A stretch of 64,000 nucleotides of DNA. Source: Escherichia phage vB_EcoM_MM02. The DNA lies in the sequence record MK373784.1; one strand, 5' to 3'. Each line of letters starts with the position of its first letter. The first letter of the stretch is position 1. The notes beneath the pieces are model-generated. The model ran no database searches. It was not told where the DNA came from and saw only the letters and a program-made list of their open reading frames with translations. Shown here one piece after another: positions 53,574 to 64,000 of this stretch. Position numbers and translations under genes: made by a program.

Positions 53574-53972
53574 TTACACTCTATTGCTTGACGCTAACTG
53601 AAGTTTAATTTGTTCAATATCGTCAGGGTTGTCTACGACCGAAAATCTAATCTCTACTATAACCGTATAGTCATCATATACTGGCGTTACACTTACAGAA
53701 AGTTTGTCGATGCGTGGCTCATAGTTACGAACAGCTGCCTGGATATTACGCTCAATCGTATCGGCTGTAAGTGGTGTCATGTTCTCGAAAAGTTCATCGA
53801 CCAAATCACATCCAAATTCAGGGTCGAAGGGGCGTGAGCCTTTTCTAGTTGTCACTATACCAAGAAGACTATTTTTAATAGAACGAAGTCCTACAGAACG
53901 AGCAACGTCCTTGTTCCAATCCATACGCATTTCTGGATCGATATCTGAATAAAGTTTATTGATATTAGACAT
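53574..53972 (-). CDS. 25: baseplate wedge protein gp25
   Basis: 132 aa, same as T4 gp25; synteny. Confidence 0.9.
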   Translation of the reverse strand: MSNINKLYSDIDPEMRMDWNKDVARSVGLRSIKNSLLGIVTTRKGSRPFDPEFGCDLVDELFENMTPLTADTIERNIQAAVRNYEPRIDKLSVSVTPVYDDYTVIVEIRFSVVDNPDDIEQIKLQLASSNRV

Positions 53973-54598
53973 TATAGTAACTCAAAGAATTCTTTGAGGC
54001 CTCGTATTGTGTGAACGTGTGACGCCCCACATTTGGGACATTTAATAGGGGTTGCCAGATAAATTGACGGCGATACTAAAAGATTTTTAATATTGATCAT
54101 GTCATCTTCTGTTATAAGGCCGTAAAGGTCGTTTATTTCTGCTTCAGTTAAATCTTCAACAGGGATGGACTCTCCATTGACAAAAACGGCCTCAATACAT
54201 GAAGCAATCATTAATGCGATATTTTTATCGTCAAATAATTTAGGTTGACGGAACTTAATTTTAATACCGCTGAACGAATACCAGGGATCGGCCTGTTCAT
54301 CTAATTGAGTGTGCAATAAATTCATATAGACTTGAAATGAATGCCCACAGGAACAATTCCAGGTGTGTTCTTGATTCACTTCACCTAATGAATGGGCCCA
54401 CAGATTTACCAACAATAGCTCGGCTTCTTGTTTAGTCAAGTTTTTAGCGTTAGAGCAATTAGTGATAATATTGTTCACTGCTGATTCAATAGTACCGGTA
54501 GCCCGTGCACCTATGAGTCCTAAATATTCTTTTAAAGTAAAGGCTCTACAATTCACTTCTTTATCGCCTAAACGTACGGTAAACGTATATTTGTACAT
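53972..54598 (-). CDS. 26: baseplate hub protein gp26
   Basis: 208 aa, same as T4 gp26; synteny. Confidence 0.85.
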   Translation of the reverse strand: MYKYTFTVRLGDKEVNCRAFTLKEYLGLIGARATGTIESAVNNIITNCSNAKNLTKQEAELLLVNLWAHSLGEVNQEHTWNCSCGHSFQVYMNLLHTQLDEQADPWYSFSGIKIKFRQPKLFDDKNIALMIASCIEAVFVNGESIPVEDLTEAEINDLYGLITEDDMINIKNLLVSPSIYLATPIKCPKCGASHVHTIRGLKEFFELL

Positions 54599-54616
54599 GT
54601 TAACTCCTTTATTGTG

Positions 54617-54628
54617 TATTTATAAATA
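54617..54628. promoter_or_regulatory. palindromic bidirectional late promoter TATTTATAAATA
   Basis: 12-bp perfect palindrome; reads TATAAATA toward gene 51 (+) and toward gene 26 (-). Confidence 0.55.
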
Positions 54629-54645
54629 ATAGAAAAGGAGTAATT

Positions 54646-55398
54646 ATGGCTAATATAATTCGTTGTAAATTACCGGATGGTGTTCATCGTTTTAAGCCGT
54701 TCACCGTAGCGGATTATAGAGACTTTTTACTAGTTAGAAATGATATCGAACATCGTTCGCCGCAAGAACAAAAAGAAATAATTGCCGATCTGATTGATGA
54801 TTATTTTGGCGAGTACCCTAAAACATGGCAACCATTTATATTCCTGCAAGTTTTTGCAGGCTCTATAGGCAAAACAAAAGTTCCCGTTATTTTCACTTGC
54901 CCTAAATGCTCTAAAGAAAAAACTGCACCATTTGAGATATATCAAAAAGAACTAGTCGAACCTGAACTTGATGTTGCTGGTATAAAAATACGTTTTTCTT
55001 TCCCTGAAAAGTTTTATGACAACAAGGCATTAATGATAAGTGAAAACATAAAAGAAATATATTATAATGATGAATGGTACCCATGGAATGATTTGACTGA
55101 AGAGAACCAAATCCAAGTAATAGAAGCAATAGACATTGACTCGCTCGAGAAGGTTATTGCTTCTATGAATCCTATTAATTTGACCCTTAGATTAGGTTGT
55201 TGTGAACGACATGTTAAAACATATACTGATATCTTAGAGGTTTTTAAATTGTTAGTTAACCCTGATGAGATTTTTACATTCTATCAGATAAACCATTCAC
55301 TGGTAAAGAGTCAATACACATTGGATTCTATTATGCAAATGATTCCTGTTGAACGTGGTATTGCTTTAACATTAGTAGAAAAGGACCATAAAAAATGA
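54646..55398 (+). CDS. 51: baseplate hub assembly protein gp51
   Basis: 250 aa (T4 gp51 is 249); synteny. Confidence 0.85.
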   Translation: MANIIRCKLPDGVHRFKPFTVADYRDFLLVRNDIEHRSPQEQKEIIADLIDDYFGEYPKTWQPFIFLQVFAGSIGKTKVPVIFTCPKCSKEKTAPFEIYQKELVEPELDVAGIKIRFSFPEKFYDNKALMISENIKEIYYNDEWYPWNDLTEENQIQVIEAIDIDSLEKVIASMNPINLTLRLGCCERHVKTYTDILEVFKLLVNPDEIFTFYQINHSLVKSQYTLDSIMQMIPVERGIALTLVEKDHKK

Positions 55399-56567
55399 AA
55401 GTATTCCAACGTCCAGGATATCCTAACTTAAGCGTTAAATTATACCAAGATTATTCGGCTTGGCAAGAAAATAGATACGTTGAACTCGCGGCAACAATAA
55501 CAACTTTAACCATGCGAGATTCGTTATATGGAAGAAATGAAGGGATTCTTCAATTTTATGACACTAAAAACATCCACACTAAAATGGATGGTAGACAGAT
55601 AGTCCAAATCTCTGTTTCAAATTCAAACACACCTCTCCAAGTTAGAACTCGAATTTACGGATGCAGACATTATTCTGTGTCTGTGGACTCAAAAGGTGAC
55701 AATATTATTGCAATTGAGCTTGGAACAATACATTCTATAGAGAACCTTAAATTTGGGCGTCCATTCTTCCCGGATGCAGGCGAATCTATACGTGAAATGT
55801 TAGGTGTCATATACAAAGACCGTGCGTTAATTACTCCGCCAATAAACACTATTAATGCTTATGTTCCTGATATCCCTTGGACAAGCACATTTGATGATTA
55901 TTTGGCATATGTCAGAGAATTAGGACTTGCTACAGCGAGTGATAAGTTCGTATTCGTATGGCAAGATATTTTAGGCGTAAACATGATTGACTACGATACT
56001 CTTATTGGTCAGGAAGGCATTAAGATGATTGTAGGTGAGCCAAATACTGTAGGTCAGTATATTCAAGAGCTTGAGTATCCATTAGTATGGGATTTTACCT
56101 GGATGACTAAAGCCAACCAATTTACAAGAGACCCTATTAAAAACGCCACAATATTCGCCCATTCATTTTTAGATACATCTATTCCGGTTATTGTTACAGG
56201 TGATGGTGATAATGCTATTCTTGTGTCAAGATCCGGCGGATATTCCGAAATGACCTATCGTAATGGATTTGAAGAAGCAAGTCGTCTTCAGACAATGGCT
56301 CAATATGACGGATATACTAAATGCACTACTACAGGCAATTTTAACATAACGCCTGCTACTAAAATTATATTTGTTGACCAAAAGAACCAATTCAAATCCG
56401 AATTTTACGTAGATGAAGTTATTCATGAGTTATCAAATAACAACTCACAAACTCATCTGTACATGTTTACCAACTCAATGGTGTTAGAACCTGTTAACCC
56501 AGTTAAGGTTAAAAATGAACTTAAATCTGATTCTACCTCTAAAGAAAATAATTCTACCACAATCTAA
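55395..56567 (+). CDS. 27: baseplate hub protein gp27
   Basis: 390 aa (T4 gp27 is 391); synteny. Confidence 0.9.
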   Translation: MKVFQRPGYPNLSVKLYQDYSAWQENRYVELAATITTLTMRDSLYGRNEGILQFYDTKNIHTKMDGRQIVQISVSNSNTPLQVRTRIYGCRHYSVSVDSKGDNIIAIELGTIHSIENLKFGRPFFPDAGESIREMLGVIYKDRALITPPINTINAYVPDIPWTSTFDDYLAYVRELGLATASDKFVFVWQDILGVNMIDYDTLIGQEGIKMIVGEPNTVGQYIQELEYPLVWDFTWMTKANQFTRDPIKNATIFAHSFLDTSIPVIVTGDGDNAILVSRSGGYSEMTYRNGFEEASRLQTMAQYDGYTKCTTTGNFNITPATKIIFVDQKNQFKSEFYVDEVIHELSNNNSQTHLYMFTNSMVLEPVNPVKVKNELKSDSTSKENNSTTI

Positions 56568-57048
56568 TAAAAAGGTAATGATTCCCAAATTAGGGCTCAA
56601 ACATTATAATCTTTTAAAGGACGTTAAAGGCCCTGATGAAAACATGAAAATCTTAGCTGATTCTATTTGTAAAAATATGAGTCCCGCAGATTTTGATTTT
56701 GCATGTCTACACATATTGGAATTTAATAACAAACTTAAGTCTGAAGTTGAAAAAGACGGATTCACTTATAAACTAGATGACGTCTATGTATGCCAACGAA
56801 CAGAATTCCAATTCCAAGGTAATACTTTTTATTTTAGACCCCCAGGCAAATTTGAACAATTCGCTACAATCAGTGAAATGCTATCAAATTGCTTAATAAA
56901 AGTTAATGACGAAGAGAAAGAAATTTCTTTCCTTGAGATGCCTGCTTTTGTAATCAAATGGGCAGAAGACCTTTCGACAACTATTGCTATTCCAGGCCCT
57001 AATGGTCCTATTAAGGGTGTAGCAGAAATTATTGGATTGCTTGAATGA
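56515..57048 (+). CDS. 28: baseplate distal hub protein gp28
   Basis: 177 aa, same as T4 gp28; overlaps gene 27 end. Confidence 0.85.
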   Translation: MNLNLILPLKKIILPQSNKKVMIPKLGLKHYNLLKDVKGPDENMKILADSICKNMSPADFDFACLHILEFNNKLKSEVEKDGFTYKLDDVYVCQRTEFQFQGNTFYFRPPGKFEQFATISEMLSNCLIKVNDEEKEISFLEMPAFVIKWAEDLSTTIAIPGPNGPIKGVAEIIGLLE

Positions 57049-58872
57049 AACCTGAAGAAATGAAATCCATGCGTAGAAATAAGGTCATTGCCGATAATAA
57101 ACCACAAAAAGTAGCTGCAACAGCAGCTACCGATTCATTAGAAGCATTGAATGACATTTCATCAAAACTAGACGATGTCCAAGCCGCGTCTGAACTCACA
57201 TCACAAAGTGTAGAAGATAAAGGCAATGGAATCATTGAATCAATTGGAGACTTAAAGAATTCGACAGATAATACAAGGCAATGGAATCATTGAATCAATT
57301 GGAGACTTAAAGAATTCGACAGATAATACTGCTGAAGGCACAGAGCTTATCGCAGAAGTTATTGAAAAACAAACTGAAGTCACTAAAAGTATAAACGAAG
57401 TTTCTAGTGCAATAAGCTCTAAGTTAGACCGATTAGCTACATTATTAGAGCAAAAATTACAAACATCTACCGCTATTCAAAATACAGGAGGCACCTCTCT
57501 TGAAGTAATTGAGAACGCAATACCTGTTAAAGTGGTTGAGAATGAAACTTCTGATGAGTTGTTTAAAGCATTCCCTACACCTGAAAAGATTGATAATAAG
57601 CCAGACGAAGATTTCTTCCCAGCACCGGTTCAAGAAAGTGCTAATTCTACTTCCGATTCTAAAGGCGGAATTAGCTTTAAATTGAGCGATAAAATTGCAA
57701 TGCTCACCAAAACAGTTCAAACCGGGTTTAATAAATCAATATCAATTTCAGACAGAATTGCTGGAATGCTTTTCAAATACACTATAACGGCTGCTATTGA
57801 AGCAGCAAAAATGGCCGCACTTATTCTTGGTATTGTTATCGGTATTGATTTATTGATAGTCCATTTCAAATATTGGACAGACAAGTTCACTTCTGCCTGG
57901 GATTTATTTGATGAAAACTTTACTAAATTCTCTGACGAAGCTAAAGAGTGGGGTAAATTCTTAAGTGATATATTCACTTCTATTGACTCTATAAAACAAT
58001 TGTGGGAAGCTGGAGACTGGGGTGGTTTAACCGTTGCTATTGTCAAAGGTGTAGGAACAGCATTAATGAATTTAGGTGAACTAATTCAATTAGGAATGGC
58101 TAAACTCTCCGCGTCTATATTGCGTGCTATAGGTTTTGGTGATACCGCTGACGAAATAGAAGGACGTGCTTTGGAAGGATTCCAAGAAACTACTGGGAAC
58201 AAATTAAAGAAAGAAGACCAAGAGAAAGTCGCTAAATATCAAATGAAGCGTGACGATGGGGAATTAGGAACCGTTTCTAAAGGCCTTGATATGTTACAAC
58301 GTGGCAAAACATTCGTTACTAACTGGGTTCGTGGTAATGACAATAAAGAAGAGTTTAGTACAAGCGATGAGCGTGCTGCGGAATCAGCAAAATTAAAAGA
58401 GTTACCTGAAGAGGAGCGTAAAGAGGCGTATATAAAAGCTAATGAAACTCGTGCGGCACTGGTTAGATTTGAGGATTATATCGATAAAATCGATATGACT
58501 AATCCAGAAAATGCTAAAAACGTCGAGAAGTCTTATGCTGATTTAAGTAAACTTATTAAAGACCCTGAACTTAATAAAACTCCTGTTGTTAAAAAGGAAT
58601 TAGATGCTAGATTTGAAAAGCTAAATAATAAAATGGCTGAAGCCAAAAAGGCTCAGACCACAGTTAAGCCTGAATCTTCGTCTAAATCTCCGGAAGCAAA
58701 ACAAGTTCAGTCAATAGAGAAAGGACGTGCTTCTGAATCTAAACAACAGCAACCGGTAGCGGCGATTAGTAACACAAATAATGTCGTCAAAAAGAATACC
58801 GTAGTCCAGAATATGACCCCTGTAACAAGTACAACGGCTCCTGGAATTTTCCATGCCACCGGTGTTAATTAA
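57045..58872 (+). pseudogene. 29: gene 29 (tail tape-measure / baseplate hub) interrupted by a frameshifting 55-bp tandem duplication
   Basis: Frame from 57045 stops at 57291-57293 inside the second repeat copy; the rest of the gene continues in the +1 frame to 58872; removing one copy gives a single 590-codon ORF, the T4 gp29 length. Confidence 0.8.
57221..57330 (+). repeat. perfect 55-bp direct tandem duplication (2 copies)
   Basis: AAGGCAATGGAATCATTGAATCAATTGGAGACTTAAAGAATTCGACAGATAATAC at 57221-57275 and again at 57276-57330. Confidence 0.95.
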
Positions 58873-58880
58873 GGATTATT

Positions 58881-59990
58881 ATGATTAGTGTAAAAGAAAT
58901 AGTAGTAGATGCAAAGGATTTAAATAAAGCAATCCCAGTCACAGAAAGTGCTGGGCAAAGCACTAAAACCGAAACAACTACTAAAACTTATGTTGCTCAA
59001 TTTCCTACAGGAAGAGCAGCCGGAAATGACTCCACAGGAGACTTCCAGGTAACAGACCTTTATAAGAATGGATTATTATTTACCGCGTACAATATGTCTG
59101 CACGCGATTCAGGATCCCTCAGGAATTTACGTCCGGCATACGCCGGGACTTCATCTAACGGTATCATATCAGATTTAACTGATAATGTGAAAGATGCAGT
59201 GACTAAATTCTCTAATGGGTTGCTTCCTGCTGGAGCTAATAAATCAACCATAAATAAAACTCCTGTTGCTAATATACTTTTGCCACGTTCCAAATCTGAC
59301 GTTGATACAACTTCACATCGTTTTAATGATATCGGTGATAGTCTTATTACTAAAGGTGGAGGTACTGCTACGGGTGTTTTAAGTAACATTGCTTCTACTG
59401 CAGTCTTTGGTGCATTAGATTCTATTACCCAAGGGCTTATGGCCGATAATAACGAACAGATTTATACGACTTCTCGTAGTATGTATGGCGGTGCTGAGAA
59501 CCGTACTAAAGTCTTTACATGGGATTTAACTCCGCGTTCAACTGAAGACCTTATGGCTATTATAAACATTTACCAGTATTTTAACTATTTCTCATATGGT
59601 GAGACCGGTAAATCACAGTACGCCCAAGAGATTAAAAGTTATTTAGACGAATGGTACCGTTCAACGTTTATTGAGCCTATGACGCCAGATGATGCAGTAA
59701 AAAATAAGACATTGTTTGAAAAGATTACTGCGTCATTAACAAATGTATTAGTTGTAAGCAACCCTACAATTTGGATGGTTAAAAACTTTGGTTATACGTC
59801 TAAATTTGATGGATTAACTGACGTATTTGGTCCATGTCAAATTCAAAGCGTACGTTTTGATAAAACTCCAAATGGACAATTTAATGGTCTCGCTGTTGCT
59901 CCTAACTTACCATCAACATTTACGTTAGAGATAACAATGCGAGAAATTATTACATTAAACCGTTCTTCACTTTATGCGGGGACTTTCTAA
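58881..59990 (+). CDS. 48: baseplate-tail tube junction protein gp48
   Basis: 369 aa (T4 gp48 is 364); synteny. Confidence 0.85.
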   Translation: MISVKEIVVDAKDLNKAIPVTESAGQSTKTETTTKTYVAQFPTGRAAGNDSTGDFQVTDLYKNGLLFTAYNMSARDSGSLRNLRPAYAGTSSNGIISDLTDNVKDAVTKFSNGLLPAGANKSTINKTPVANILLPRSKSDVDTTSHRFNDIGDSLITKGGGTATGVLSNIASTAVFGALDSITQGLMADNNEQIYTTSRSMYGGAENRTKVFTWDLTPRSTEDLMAIINIYQYFNYFSYGETGKSQYAQEIKSYLDEWYRSTFIEPMTPDDAVKNKTLFEKITASLTNVLVVSNPTIWMVKNFGYTSKFDGLTDVFGPCQIQSVRFDKTPNGQFNGLAVAPNLPSTFTLEITMREIITLNRSSLYAGTF

Positions 59991-60952
59991 TGTACTCTTT
60001 AGAAGAATTTAATAACCAAGCTATAAATGCAGATTTCCAACGAAACAATATGTTTAGTTGTGTATTTGCTACTACACCGTCGACCAAATCGTCTTCACTA
60101 ATTTCGTCAATTGGTAGTTTTGCTTATAATAACTTAGGGTTGGATTCAGATTGGCTAGGATTGTCTCAAGGTGATATCAATCAGGGCGTAACAACCCTGA
60201 TTACAGCAGGAACACAGAAATTAATTCGAAAATCAGGTATAAGTAAATACCTGATTGGAGCAATGAGTCAACGTACGGTACAAAGCTTGTTAGGTGAGTT
60301 CACAGTAGGAGCTTATCTGATAGACTTCTTCAATATGGCATATAATAATACAGGTTTAATGATTTATTCTGTAAAAATGCCTGAGAACCGATTATCTTAT
60401 GAAACGGATTTCAACTATAACTCACCGAACATCCGAATTACCGGCCGTGAAATGGACCCGTTAGTAATAAGCTTTAGAATGGATTCTGAAGCATCTAACT
60501 TTAGAGCAATGCAAGACTGGGTAAACTCGGTCCAAGACCCTGTAACAGGTCTTCGCGCTTTACCACAAGACGTCGAAGCAGATATTCAGGTTAATTTACA
60601 CGCACGAAATGGTTTACCACATACCGCTGTCATGTTCACCGGATGTATTCCTGTTAGTGTCTCTTCTCCTGAGTTAACGTATGATGGTGATAATCAGATA
60701 ACAGTTTTTGATGTAACATTTGCTTATCGCGTTATGCAATCAGGTGCTGTAAATAGACAGGCTGCTTTAGAATGGCTGGAATCAGGACTTATTAGTAGTG
60801 TTTCAGGAATGTTTGGAAATAATCAGAATGATTCTGGACTAGGAAGTGCAGTATCAAGACTTTCTAGATTAGGTGGGACTGCTGGTGGTGTGTCTAATAT
60901 AAACACATTGACAGGTGTGGTGAATTCTGCGTCAAGAGTTTTAGGACTATAA
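59990..60952 (+). CDS. 54: baseplate-tail tube initiator gp54
   Basis: 320 aa, same as T4 gp54. Confidence 0.9.
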   Translation: MYSLEEFNNQAINADFQRNNMFSCVFATTPSTKSSSLISSIGSFAYNNLGLDSDWLGLSQGDINQGVTTLITAGTQKLIRKSGISKYLIGAMSQRTVQSLLGEFTVGAYLIDFFNMAYNNTGLMIYSVKMPENRLSYETDFNYNSPNIRITGREMDPLVISFRMDSEASNFRAMQDWVNSVQDPVTGLRALPQDVEADIQVNLHARNGLPHTAVMFTGCIPVSVSSPELTYDGDNQITVFDVTFAYRVMQSGAVNRQAALEWLESGLISSVSGMFGNNQNDSGLGSAVSRLSRLGGTAGGVSNINTLTGVVNSASRVLGL

Positions 60953-60981
60953 GAAAAAGGGAGACGTTGTCTCCCTTTAGG
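60953..60981. terminator. bidirectional terminator hairpin
   Basis: AAAAA-GGGAGAC-GTT-GTCTCCC-TTT between convergent gene 54 and the 60985-61278 gene. Confidence 0.6.
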
Positions 60982-60984
60982 GGT

Positions 60985-61278
60985 TTATTTACGGAATGAA
61001 AGGAATGCTGGTGCTCGGAACGGAGTATCATCTTTAGAGTATTTAACTAATACGACCATTGGTACCTCTGTTTCTAAATGACCTGTCACTACACCGATAA
61101 AAATTTGATCAGTGTGCTCAGGGTCACGAAAGTTTTTAAGAGGTTCCATAGCAATATGGAATGCACCTGGGAATACTCGATTCAATTCGTCAATCACAGC
61201 TTCGTTAAAAACATCATCCGCTGGGATAGCATCTTCAACTACTAGTTCTTGACCATTAAAGCGAAGCATAGATTTCAT
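60985..61278 (-). CDS. hypothetical protein (alt.-3 position)
   Basis: Start chosen at MKSMLRFNGQ with SD GAGGAAAA; early-type promoter upstream. Confidence 0.5.
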   Translation of the reverse strand: MKSMLRFNGQELVVEDAIPADDVFNEAVIDELNRVFPGAFHIAMEPLKNFRDPEHTDQIFIGVVTGHLETEVPMVVLVKYSKDDTPFRAPAFLSFRK

Positions 61279-61307
61279 AACGTTTTCCTCATGTTGTTGA
61301 TGGGATG

Positions 61308-61337
61308 ATAGTATCACACATCCATGTGTTTGTAAAC
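61308..61337 (-). promoter_or_regulatory. early-type promoter GTTTAC-N18-TACTAT
   Basis: Minus strand GTTTACAAACACATGGATGTGTGATACTAT, overlapping the 3' end of alt. Confidence 0.45.
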
Positions 61338-63424
61338 TATCCTTGGACAAATTTAAACGGAACTGATTCTAAATCCATTAAAGATGCTAACAATTTCAAA
61401 CCTTTAGGTGCACTAGTTTTTTCTACAAATGAGGCAAAAGATACCGGCTCATCCGATTCGATTTCACCCGTCATAGCAACCACCTCGCCTGTTTCCATGA
61501 GAACATCACCATCATAAATGACGGCTTCATCCAACTGGTCTGAGGACATGACTTCAGCTTGAATAAATTTAAGGTTGGATTCTAAACCTGCACCGGTGTC
61601 AGATGACGCATCTGTAATTTTATTTATCTGCAAGAGAATGCCTCTAGGCAAAATAATTTCTTGCTCATTAGGGTGATTACTCAACTGTCCTGGATAAATC
61701 ACGTTAACTTTATGGGCGCCATCGATAGCCCATCCAACGTTAACACGGATTTGTTCTGGTGCATGCATAGCTGTTCTTACTTGACTAGGAGAAATAGTAA
61801 CACCTTCGTCATTATTGTCAATGTTAAGCTCTTTGCGAACTTCTTCAGGAGCAAGTCCAAGGGCAACGTTCTCTTTAAACCCACCGAAAATAATAGGAGC
61901 TAGTGAAGTGGAAACATAGTTTCTGAAGTAGAATACCTTATTTTTAACCATTGCTTCGTAAATAGGCATTCTGATAGACTGAGCTCTATATAACGTTAGT
62001 CCTTCAGGTAAACGGTCTCCATTTAAAAACGCCGAATCAAGACCATCAATAGCGCGTTTAACTTCATCTTCATCCGCAACATCGTAAAAATCTGGTTTAT
62101 AACGACCTAACAACATATTATTGATATCTGTATATGCAGAAGAGGCATATTCACGAATAGCTCGTTTTTCAGCAACAGAGTATTGTTTAGGGTCCCGATT
62201 CATTGTTATATTAAAGGTGCCTCTAGCCGATTCTCGGGCATAAGTATACATCACATTAGACAAGAACGCTGATTTACTTTGTTTCCAAGTTCTTTCAGAT
62301 ACTTCAGCTAAAACGTCGTCAGGCAGTTGGAAATTATCACGTCTAAAATCTTCAAACCATTCGTCTTTAATAGAGTCTGCAATTTCATTTGCAGTTTCAA
62401 CAAAAGCAGCTAATGCTTTAACAGATGTTGTTTTTTCAGTTTTAATTTTCTTAGCAAACTTTTCTAAAGTCGGCTTAATAACACTACCATAAGAAACTTC
62501 ATCGGCAAATTTAAAGGATTCATCAATACGATTATAAATCTTATTTTCGATATCAGCAACTAAAGTGCCTTTTGCTGTGGATGATGCTTGGGCTAGTACG
62601 ATTTCATATGCTTCAGGAAGTAATTCGGCTGTAGCTGGGCCGCTAACTTCTTTAGCAGAATTTTCGTATTTCTGGAATAACTCACCTTCTTGTCGGTCAG
62701 CTTCTAAAGATTGACTTGCTGCAATAGCACGACGAGAAATTTTGGTGCGAGCAATAACAGGCTTATCTTTACGTTTTTCTTCTACCGCGGCAATAGAACC
62801 AGCGATAGCAGTTTCTTTGGTAACCGTTTCGCCAGTCTTTTTACTCACATAAACTTCGCCAACATCAGAATCTACTTTCGTGTACAACTCTGTGTTAATG
62901 TTAGGGATGCCTTTAATATCTTCAATGTTGGCATTTTTACGAACCATCATCACATAGGTGTGTTTACCTGTGAATTGATACATTGCCGACAATACTTTAA
63001 AACGACCACCGGTTTTAGTAGAAACTAAACGAGCAAGAAGAGTTTGAAGCTGTTGTCCACGTCCTTTCAATTTCTTGGTAGGGAATCGGAACAGAACTGC
63101 ATCCATACGAAGAGCTTTAACTTGTTCATATACTGTATTGAAAATGGTGTTGATTGCATCAATAGGAGCAGGACCAAGGCCATTTTTCAATTCAGCGAGA
63201 TTACCCTTTTCAGACAGACTCATAATAACAACATGAGCGTATTTGTCGCCAAGTTTAACTTGTTTTACAGCGTCGCCTTCGGAAAGGTAAGAGAATAAAC
63301 GAACTACAATATTTGTATCGATATCACCAATTTTCCAGACTTGTGGAACTTTAGCTTTAGGGTTCAAATTGACGACAGGAAGACTGCCTTCAGATTCAAA
63401 CACTTCATTTAATTGTTCAGACAT
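61337..63424 (-). CDS. alt: ADP-ribosyltransferase Alt (packaged, injected)
   Basis: 695 aa (T4 Alt is 682); position after gene 54; ART-like motifs YRAQS and NYVSTSLAP. Confidence 0.8.
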   Translation of the reverse strand: MSEQLNEVFESEGSLPVVNLNPKAKVPQVWKIGDIDTNIVVRLFSYLSEGDAVKQVKLGDKYAHVVIMSLSEKGNLAELKNGLGPAPIDAINTIFNTVYEQVKALRMDAVLFRFPTKKLKGRGQQLQTLLARLVSTKTGGRFKVLSAMYQFTGKHTYVMMVRKNANIEDIKGIPNINTELYTKVDSDVGEVYVSKKTGETVTKETAIAGSIAAVEEKRKDKPVIARTKISRRAIAASQSLEADRQEGELFQKYENSAKEVSGPATAELLPEAYEIVLAQASSTAKGTLVADIENKIYNRIDESFKFADEVSYGSVIKPTLEKFAKKIKTEKTTSVKALAAFVETANEIADSIKDEWFEDFRRDNFQLPDDVLAEVSERTWKQSKSAFLSNVMYTYARESARGTFNITMNRDPKQYSVAEKRAIREYASSAYTDINNMLLGRYKPDFYDVADEDEVKRAIDGLDSAFLNGDRLPEGLTLYRAQSIRMPIYEAMVKNKVFYFRNYVSTSLAPIIFGGFKENVALGLAPEEVRKELNIDNNDEGVTISPSQVRTAMHAPEQIRVNVGWAIDGAHKVNVIYPGQLSNHPNEQEIILPRGILLQINKITDASSDTGAGLESNLKFIQAEVMSSDQLDEAVIYDGDVLMETGEVVAMTGEIESDEPVSFASFVEKTSAPKGLKLLASLMDLESVPFKFVQG

Positions 63425-63458
63425 AGTGTTTTCCTTTTAGTAATAATTTATATTTATG

Positions 63459-63480
63459 CCAAAAAGAGCCCGAAGGCTCT
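63459..63480 (-). terminator. intrinsic terminator
   Basis: AGAGCC-CGAA-GGCTCT (63465-63480) followed by T-run on minus strand (A-run 63461-63465 on plus). Confidence 0.5.
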
Positions 63481-63668
63481 TAATCCACAATCGGAAGCAA
63501 AGTACGATAAACTTCAAAATTATAGCCTTTTTCGTACTTATCGAAATTGTCCATAAAAATATGATAGGAATCGTTATTAGGAAAATCTAATATAATCTGA
63601 GAGCAAGAGGTGGAAACATCTCCACCATCCTTCTTAGCTACAATAACTGTTTCTAAATAAGCTTTCAT
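63480..63668 (-). CDS. hypothetical small protein
   Basis: Start chosen at MKAYLETVIV; ATG overlaps ligase stop (TAATG). Confidence 0.4.
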   Translation of the reverse strand: MKAYLETVIVAKKDGGDVSTSCSQIILDFPNNDSYHIFMDNFDKYEKGYNFEVYRTLLPIVD

Positions 63669-64000
63669 TATAAACCTGTCTGGGACCACGGTCCAAATAC
63701 GTCTTCAAACGAATCCGCTTCTGTTTTATCAAAACGGAACCCTTTAATAATTGGGAGGAAAATACCTACAGTACCTTCACGGCCTTTAGAATGAACCCAA
63801 CCATTACATTCACAATCAGCGATACGTCCAATTAATTTACCTTCACGAGCTTCGGTCATTAATCGTTCACGGTCTAAATCATGACGCTCGTCTAAAGGAA
63901 TAAGAACCTTTACACCGTCAACTGTTTTATGAGTTGTATCTTTAAAACCTGAACCGCAATCGGTTGTAATACGACGACAACGTGATACGAGTTCGACACC
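63668..64000 (-). CDS. 30: ATP-dependent DNA ligase, C-terminal part (gene continues beyond window end)
   Basis: C-terminus ...CECNGWVHSKGREG...DKTEADSFEDVFGPWSQTGL matches the T4 DNA ligase C-terminus as recalled. Confidence 0.8.
   Translation of the reverse strand, partial: GVELVSRCRRITTDCGSGFKDTTHKTVDGVKVLIPLDERHDLDRERLMTEAREGKLIGRIADCECNGWVHSKGREGTVGIFLPIIKGFRFDKTEADSFEDVFGPWSQTGL

Noticed and set aside
57221-57330. Possible CRISPR-like or satellite repeat
   Set aside because: There are only two copies, directly adjacent with no spacer, inside a coding sequence; a simple tandem duplication explains it.

Overview
This window is a contiguous stretch of a T4-like (Tevenvirinae-type) myovirus genome, identified from memory of T4 protein sequences, gene order and gene sizes; no database search was run. 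The left third (1-17000, minus strand) is an early/accessory region: a partial P-loop NTPase, denV, lysozyme e, nudE, several internal-protein genes with the N-terminal MKTYxEF capsid-targeting sequence, many small hypothetical and membrane proteins, two tRNAs, 57B/57A and genes 1, 3, 2, 4. The rest is the late morphogenesis block in T4 order: 53, 5, 5.1, 5.4, 6-12, wac, 13-24, then rnlB, hoc, inh, uvsW, uvsY, 25, 26, 51, 27, 28, 29, 48, 54, alt and the 3' end of DNA ligase gene 30. Late promoters (TATAAATA), early-type promoters (GTTTAC-N18-extended -10) and hairpin terminators are visible. The most striking anomaly is a perfect 55-bp tandem duplication inside essential gene 29 that frameshifts it. 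Other leads are a tandem triplet of small paralogs ending in GWVxSSxxC, a recurring C-terminal FIxECR motif on small membrane proteins, a diversified set of capsid-targeted internal proteins (candidate anti-defence effectors), and duplicated promoter-leader cassettes.
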